Assembly: GCA_900553395.1 (NCBI GenBank)
Contig: USDJ01000006.1
Coordinates: forward strand, 13,863-77,862
Direction of reading: 5' to 3'
Source of the DNA: an uncultured Mycoplasmatota bacterium
Lineage (GTDB): Bacteria > Bacillota_I > Bacilli_A > RF39 > UBA660
DNA: 64,000 nucleotides
Part shown: positions 59,443-64,000 of the stretch, one piece after another
How positions within the stretch are numbered: the first letter of the stretch is position 1
Layout: each line of letters starts with the position of its first letter
Made by a program: the position numbers and the translations under genes
The notes under the pieces: model-generated
What the model was told of the DNA's origin: nothing
The model's input: only the letters and a program-made list of their open reading frames with translations
Database searches by the model: none

Positions 59443-61572
59443 TTATTTTATAACTTCTTTTCTTGAAAGGTTAAGTCTTCCTCTCTTATCATAGCCTAAA
59501 CATTTAACTATAATTTCATCGCCTTCTTTAACAATATCAGTAACACGTTCTACTCTTTCAGTATTAAGTTCTGAAATGTGTACCATGCCCTCACATCCAG
59601 GCCAAAGCTCTACAAAGCATCCAGACTCTATTACTTTAACAACTTTACCATTATAGATTTTTCCAGCTTCTGGAGTTCTTACTATTTCCTTAATCATATT
59701 TGCAGTACGTTCTATTATATCTTTATCTGTATGGTAAATAACTACTCTACCATCATCTTCAAGATCTACTTTAACAGCATTAACATCATTTACTGATGTA
59801 ACATGACTTGCGTCAAGTATTATCTTAGTAATAGTTTCTCCACCTTTACCAATAACTTCTTTTATTTTTAAAGGATCAATCATAAATACGCAAGTCTTTG
59901 GAGCATATTTACTAACTTCGCTTCTTGGCTTTTCTATTTGACTAGCTATCTTATCTAAGATTTCCATACGTGCAACTTTAGCTTGAGCTAATGCTTCTTT
60001 TAAAATTTCCTTTGTAATTCCTTTTATCTTAATATCCATTTGAAGTGCACATATACCATTTCTAGTACCTGCAACTTTAAAGTCCATATCACCTAAGTGA
60101 TCTTCCATACCTTGAATATCTGTTAATATTGTATAGTCATCGTCACAAGTAATAAGTCCCATAGCAATACCTGCAACAGGAGCTTTAATTGGTACACCAG
60201 CAGCCATTAAACTCATGCATCCAGCACATATACTTGCTTGTGAAGAAGAACCATTTGATTCTAAGATTTCTGATACTACTCTTATTGTATAAGGGAATTC
60301 TTCCTCGCTTGGTATAACTTGTAATAGTGCTCTTTCTCCTAGTGCTCCGTGTCCTATTTCTCTTCTACCAGGAGAACCATATCTTCCTGTTTCACCTACT
60401 GAAAATTGAGGGAAATTATAATGTAACATAAATCTTTTTTCAGTTTCAAGACCAAGACCATCTAAAATTTGATGCTCTCCTAGTGCTCCTAGAGTTGTTA
60501 TACTTAAACTTTGAGTTTCACCACGTGTGAAAAGTGCACTACCATGAGTTCTTGGAAGTAAATCTATGTCTGTTGAAATAGGTCTTATTTCAGTCATAGT
60601 TCTTCCATCTGCTCTAATTTTTTCTTTAACTACTATAGATCTAAATAATTCATATTCTATTTCACCAAATACAAGTTTAACTTTAGTTAATAGTTTATTT
60701 AAATCTTCTTCACTTAAATCACTATTTTCTTCTGCATATTTATTTACTAATTCTTCTTTTAATTCATCTATTGCATTATATTTAGTTAACTTATCTTTAA
60801 TGCGAAGCGCCTTATCAAGTCTTTCACTACAATAAGACTTAACTTCTTCTTTTAGCTCATCACTAATTTCAAGAACTTCATATTCCATTTTTTCTTGTCC
60901 GCATTCTTCAATAATTTTTTCTTGGAAAGCGCATAGTTCTTTAACAGCTTCGTGTCCAAACATCAAAGCTTCTAACATATCTTCTTCAGAAACTTCTTTA
61001 GATCCTGCTTCAACCATATTAATTGCTTCTTTTGTTCCTGCAACAGTTAAATCTATATCTGATTTTTCTGCTTCTTCTACAGTAGGATTGATAATAAATT
61101 TGCCATCTACTCTTCCCACCTTTACACCAGCGATTGGTCCATCAAATGGTATCTTAGATATACTTGTTGAAAGTGATGATCCAAACATAGCAGTAAGTTC
61201 TGGTGAATTATCTGGGTCTACAGATAACACTGTATTTACTATTTGAACCTCATTTCTAAAGTTTTCAGGAAACATAGGTCTCATAGGTCTATCTATCATA
61301 CGCGCTGCAAGTGTTGCTGCATCTGTTGGCCTACCTTCCCTTTTAATAAATCCTCCTGGTATTTTACCAACAGAATATAATTTTTCTTGATATAAAACCA
61401 TTAAAGGAAAGAAATCTGATAAAACGTTTGCTGTTTTACTTACAACTACAGTAGATAAAACAACAGTATCACCATATCTAACTAGTACAGCTCCGTGTGC
61501 CTGTTTTGCTAATTCTCCTATTTCTACTTTTAATTTTCTTCCTCTAAAATCTAATTCAAATACTTTCTTCAT
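59443..61572 (-). CDS. pnp: Polyribonucleotide nucleotidyltransferase (PNPase)
   Basis: 709 aa with two RNase PH domains ([43 protein letters not shown]) and C-terminal KH and S1 domains. Confidence 0.96.
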   Translation of the reverse strand: MKKVFELDFRGRKLKVEIGELAKQAHGAVLVRYGDTVVLSTVVVSKTANVLSDFFPLMVLYQEKLYSVGKIPGGFIKREGRPTDAATLAARMIDRPMRPMFPENFRNEVQIVNTVLSVDPDNSPELTAMFGSSLSTSISKIPFDGPIAGVKVGRVDGKFIINPTVEEAEKSDIDLTVAGTKEAINMVEAGSKEVSEEDMLEALMFGHEAVKELCAFQEKIIEECGQEKMEYEVLEISDELKEEVKSYCSERLDKALRIKDKLTKYNAIDELKEELVNKYAEENSDLSEEDLNKLLTKVKLVFGEIEYELFRSIVVKEKIRADGRTMTEIRPISTDIDLLPRTHGSALFTRGETQSLSITTLGALGEHQILDGLGLETEKRFMLHYNFPQFSVGETGRYGSPGRREIGHGALGERALLQVIPSEEEFPYTIRVVSEILESNGSSSQASICAGCMSLMAAGVPIKAPVAGIAMGLITCDDDYTILTDIQGMEDHLGDMDFKVAGTRNGICALQMDIKIKGITKEILKEALAQAKVARMEILDKIASQIEKPRSEVSKYAPKTCVFMIDPLKIKEVIGKGGETITKIILDASHVTSVNDVNAVKVDLEDDGRVVIYHTDKDIIERTANMIKEIVRTPEAGKIYNGKVVKVIESGCFVELWPGCEGMVHISELNTERVERVTDIVKEGDEIIVKCLGYDKRGRLNLSRKEVIK

Positions 61573-61612
61573 ACATTCCTCCTAGCATAATTATTAGTTT
61601 TTATCAAATTAA

Positions 61613-61634
61613 AGACACTCAAAAAAGAGTGTCT
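61613..61634 (-). terminator. rpsO-pnp intergenic hairpin (terminator/processing site)
   Basis: AGACACTC-AAAAAA-GAGTGTCT forms an 8-bp stem between the rpsO stop and the pnp start. Confidence 0.6.
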
Positions 61635-61648
61635 ACGTTTATTTAGTT

Positions 61649-61918
61649 TTATTTTCTTAAGCCTAAGTCTTTAACTATCTTACGATATCTAGTAACATCG
61701 TTTTTAATTAAATAATTTAATAAGCTTTTTCTTTGACCTACTTTATGAAGTAATCCACGTTTTGAATGATTATCGTGTGGATGTTTCTTAAAGTGTTCAG
61801 TCAAAGTATTTATCTCATTAGTTAAAATTGCTATTTGTACTTCGATAGAACCAGTATCCTTTTCATCTTTTCCAAACTTTTTAACTAAATCTTTTTTTAA
61901 TTCTTTGTCTAAAGCCAT
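61649..61918 (-). CDS. rpsO: 30S ribosomal protein S15
   Basis: 89 aa, [58 protein letters not shown] is upstream. Confidence 0.96.
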   Translation of the reverse strand: MALDKELKKDLVKKFGKDEKDTGSIEVQIAILTNEINTLTEHFKKHPHDNHSKRGLLHKVGQRKSLLNYLIKNDVTRYRKIVKDLGLRK

Positions 61919-62041
61919 AATTTTCTCCTTTCATAATATTCGCTTAAACCTAGTAATAAAACGGAGTATTTCACTACCAAGAAATAAGTACACTAATAAT
62001 ATACATTATTTTTTATAAATATGCAACCATTTATATGATTT

Positions 62042-62776
62042 TTATTTCAATTTATCCTTGGCTAACTCTATTACTGGACGAACTCCAATTTCTAAATCTC
62101 CTATACCATTTGACTTCAATAAAGCAGATCTAACACTTATAGCATCTGGACTTAAGCCTTCATCGTAGAACCAAGATGATGCCGTTGCTGACCAATATCC
62201 ACCTGTATAGCCAGTATTAGTTATAGGTTTGTTAGGTATACCTAGATCATATTCTTCAACCACCGCTAGAACTCTATCATATAACCAACCTATTTTAGTC
62301 CTTAATTCAGTAGTTGAAAGAGAACCCTGGTTTAAAGTAACTATTTCAGTTTTACCTAATTTGGCAGAAATGTTAGCTATTTCTGCTACTTCTTCTGCTG
62401 TTATAAGTCTTGCATTATACCCTGTATAATCGATAGTATAATCAATTGCGTCACAATCTTGAGAAACACTTATATCACCATCAGAATTTAAATAGCAACT
62501 ATTTGCTGATCTTTTATATGTATAGCTTGTTGGTGTAAGCATACCTTTCCAAGCACTTGTATCATCTTTTAGTGCTTCTAAAGCTGTTATAGGTCCATTT
62601 TTATAATTTGCTACATCACTCCAACTTACTTTATCCAATGTATTATGATCCAAAATTAAAGTTACTCTATCATCAGTACTATTTATAACATAAAATTTTA
62701 AGCAACTATTTTGATACGTGTCTTTATTATCTATTCCATTATATCCTGATGCGCTATTTCCATAATCTGTTACCAT
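62042..62776 (-). CDS. Surface-domain ORF lacking its own signal peptide; probably the C-terminal part of the upstream pilin-like gene (shifted -1 at an A7 tract)
   Basis: The C-terminal pattern GGYWSATASS...AISVRSALL.....GVRPVIEL recalls extracellular domains common in gut Firmicutes (I recall DUF6273-type, not verified). There is no RBS and no hydrophobic N-terminus. Its ATG lies inside the A7 tract at the end of ORF 62770-63330. Confidence 0.6.
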   Translation of the reverse strand: MVTDYGNSASGYNGIDNKDTYQNSCLKFYVINSTDDRVTLILDHNTLDKVSWSDVANYKNGPITALEALKDDTSAWKGMLTPTSYTYKRSANSCYLNSDGDISVSQDCDAIDYTIDYTGYNARLITAEEVAEIANISAKLGKTEIVTLNQGSLSTTELRTKIGWLYDRVLAVVEEYDLGIPNKPITNTGYTGGYWSATASSWFYDEGLSPDAISVRSALLKSNGIGDLEIGVRPVIELAKDKLK

Positions 62777-63330
62777 TTTTTTGTACTATCTTCATAAGAG
62801 AGAATAGTGAAAGTTTCATATTCTCCAAGAGACTTCTTATACTCAGTCTCACTACACACCTTACCATTTTCCACATCAAAATACACTACATCCCCTGATT
62901 TATATGCACGTGTATTTAAATTCTTACTAGCTACTAGAATGCCGTTAATAGTTGAAACATTATATTTATATTTAGGAAAATATAAATTATTTATGCTCAC
63001 TACCCTATTATCCTCTATATCAACACTACCACTTGTCGGTTTAGTATTTTCTACATCTACTAATAATGTTTCGGAACAAGCATCATTTATACATAAATTA
63101 CCATTTTGATTTACAATATAAGTCCCATTTTCTAAATCAAATTTAATATCTGTCTGTCTAATTGATATTGCTTGATCCACAGCATCTATATAGAATTCTG
63201 CACTTCTCAACGTTGCATTCTTTCTAGAATCATGAATCATATTTTGTACTATTGGAACAGCTATCAAAGCTATTATTGATAGTATAACTAGTACTGCAAG
63301 AAGCTCTATCAGTGTAAAACCTTTTTTCAT
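62770..63330 (-). CDS. Type IV pilin-like protein (prepilin N-terminal domain), possibly the N-terminal part of a longer frameshifted gene
   Basis: MKKGFTLIELLAVLVILSIIALIAVP. RBS GGTGATAAT is upstream. The ORF ends ...ACA AAA AAA TGG TAA. Confidence 0.75.
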   Translation of the reverse strand: MKKGFTLIELLAVLVILSIIALIAVPIVQNMIHDSRKNATLRSAEFYIDAVDQAISIRQTDIKFDLENGTYIVNQNGNLCINDACSETLLVDVENTKPTSGSVDIEDNRVVSINNLYFPKYKYNVSTINGILVASKNLNTRAYKSGDVVYFDVENGKVCSETEYKKSLGEYETFTILSYEDSTKKW

Positions 63331-63345
63331 ATTATCACCATTTTA

Positions 63346-63377
63346 AGTATATAAAAAGTTTGACGAATTGTCAAACT
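63346..63377 (-). promoter_or_regulatory. Composite element: terminator hairpin overlapping a promoter-like TTGACA-N17-TATACT upstream of the pilin gene
   Basis: Hairpin AGTTTGAC-GAATT-GTCAAACT (63357-63377) followed by TTTTT. On the minus strand TTGACA (63374-63369) and TATACT (63351-63346) are spaced 17 nt apart. It is a near-copy of 55987-56018. Confidence 0.4.
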
Positions 63378-63404
63378 ATAATCTAAAATTTAATTTTAAA
63401 AATT

Positions 63405-64000
63405 TTACTTTAATTTATCTTTAGCTAACTCTATTACAGGACGAACTCCAATTTCACTGTCATTTATACCACTCGATTTCAATAAAGCAGGTCTAACACT
63501 TATAGCATCTGGATTTAATTCTTCATTGTAGAACCAAGATGATGCCGTTGCTGTCCAATAGCCGCCTGTAAGACTGAAATCGGTTATAGGCTTATTTGGT
63601 ATAACTAGTTCGTACCCTTCAGATATTAAGACTCTGTCATATAACCAACCTACTTTAGTCTTTAATTCATCTGTTGAGATAGAACTTTGATTTAAAGCAA
63701 CTATTTTGGTTTTACCTAACTCAGTAGAAATATTAACTATTTTTGCTACTTCTTCTGCTGTTATAAGTCTTGCATTATATCCATTATAATCAATAGCATA
63801 GTTTATTGCATCACAAGCTTGAGAAATGCTTGTATCATCATCAGAAGTTACGTAACAACTATCTTTCTCTCTTTTATATGTATAGTTTGTTGGATTAAGT
63901 ACTCCTTTCCAATCTTTTGTATCATTCTTCAATACATTAAGAGCTGTTACTGGACCACTTTTATAATTCGCTGTCTCGCTCCAGTGTACCTCGTCTGATG
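63405..64000 (-). CDS. Paralog of ORF 62042-62776 (same surface domain); 5' end lies outside the window
   Basis: The reading frame stays open to position 64000 (SDEVHWSETANYKSGPVTALNVLKNDTKDWKG aligns with LDKVSWSDVANYKNGPITALEALKDDTSAWKG). The C-terminus GVRPVIELAKDKLK is identical in both copies. The start given in the track is only an in-frame TTG. Confidence 0.7.
   Translation of the reverse strand, partial: SDEVHWSETANYKSGPVTALNVLKNDTKDWKGVLNPTNYTYKREKDSCYVTSDDDTSISQACDAINYAIDYNGYNARLITAEEVAKIVNISTELGKTKIVALNQSSISTDELKTKVGWLYDRVLISEGYELVIPNKPITDFSLTGGYWTATASSWFYNEELNPDAISVRPALLKSSGINDSEIGVRPVIELAKDKLK

Noticed and set aside
61919-62041. I looked for a structured rpsO leader (S15 autoregulatory element).
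   Set aside because: A plausible promoter (TTGCAT-N17-TATATT on the minus strand) and a ~85-nt leader exist. I could not draw a convincing pseudoknot or three-way junction by eye, so the evidence is insufficient.
1-64000. I looked for mobile elements, prophage, CRISPR-Cas, toxin-antitoxin or known defence systems.
   Set aside because: No integrase, transposase, recombinase, Cas, restriction/modification or phage structural motifs appear in any ORF. The tRNA-Lys-adjacent module (754-6831) has no integrase and no visible direct repeat of the tRNA 3' end.

Overview
This is a very AT-rich chromosomal segment from an endospore-forming Firmicute. Evidence for sporulation: sigG, ylmC/ymxH, a SpoVAC-like gene start and a BclA-like collagen protein. 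About 60 genes are present and all but two lie on the minus strand. Housekeeping blocks are frr-proS-uvrC (7.0-11.1 kb), parE-parC (12.5-17.0 kb), sigG/ylmC/fhs (42.6-46.0 kb), a division/cell-wall block with ftsZ, ftsA, RNase J, divIB, murB, murG and mutL (47.1-55.9 kb), sufC-sufD-sufS (56.0-58.8 kb) and rpsO-pnp (59.4-61.9 kb). There are two envelope-glycopolymer regions. One is a 4-gene module next to tRNA-Lys (0.75-6.8 kb) with unusual domain fusions. The other is a ~21 kb cluster (18.8-40.4 kb) that mixes TagO/TagD/TagF-type, Wzx/Wzy-type, GtrA/GtrB/GT-C-type and O-acetylation/deacetylation functions. Type IV pilin-like genes (N-terminal MKKGFTL[IV]ELL) are scattered at 0.1, 17.1 and 62.8 kb. 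One of them appears joined to a downstream surface-domain ORF through an in-frame A_AAA_AAA slippery tract. The most striking feature is a stand-alone, ORF-free, GC-enriched ~610-nt transcription unit at 21.95-22.56 kb (minus strand). It has a near-consensus promoter and an intrinsic terminator, so it is a candidate large structured ncRNA whose family I cannot assign from sequence alone. I saw no CRISPR array, transposase, integrase or recognisable defence system.
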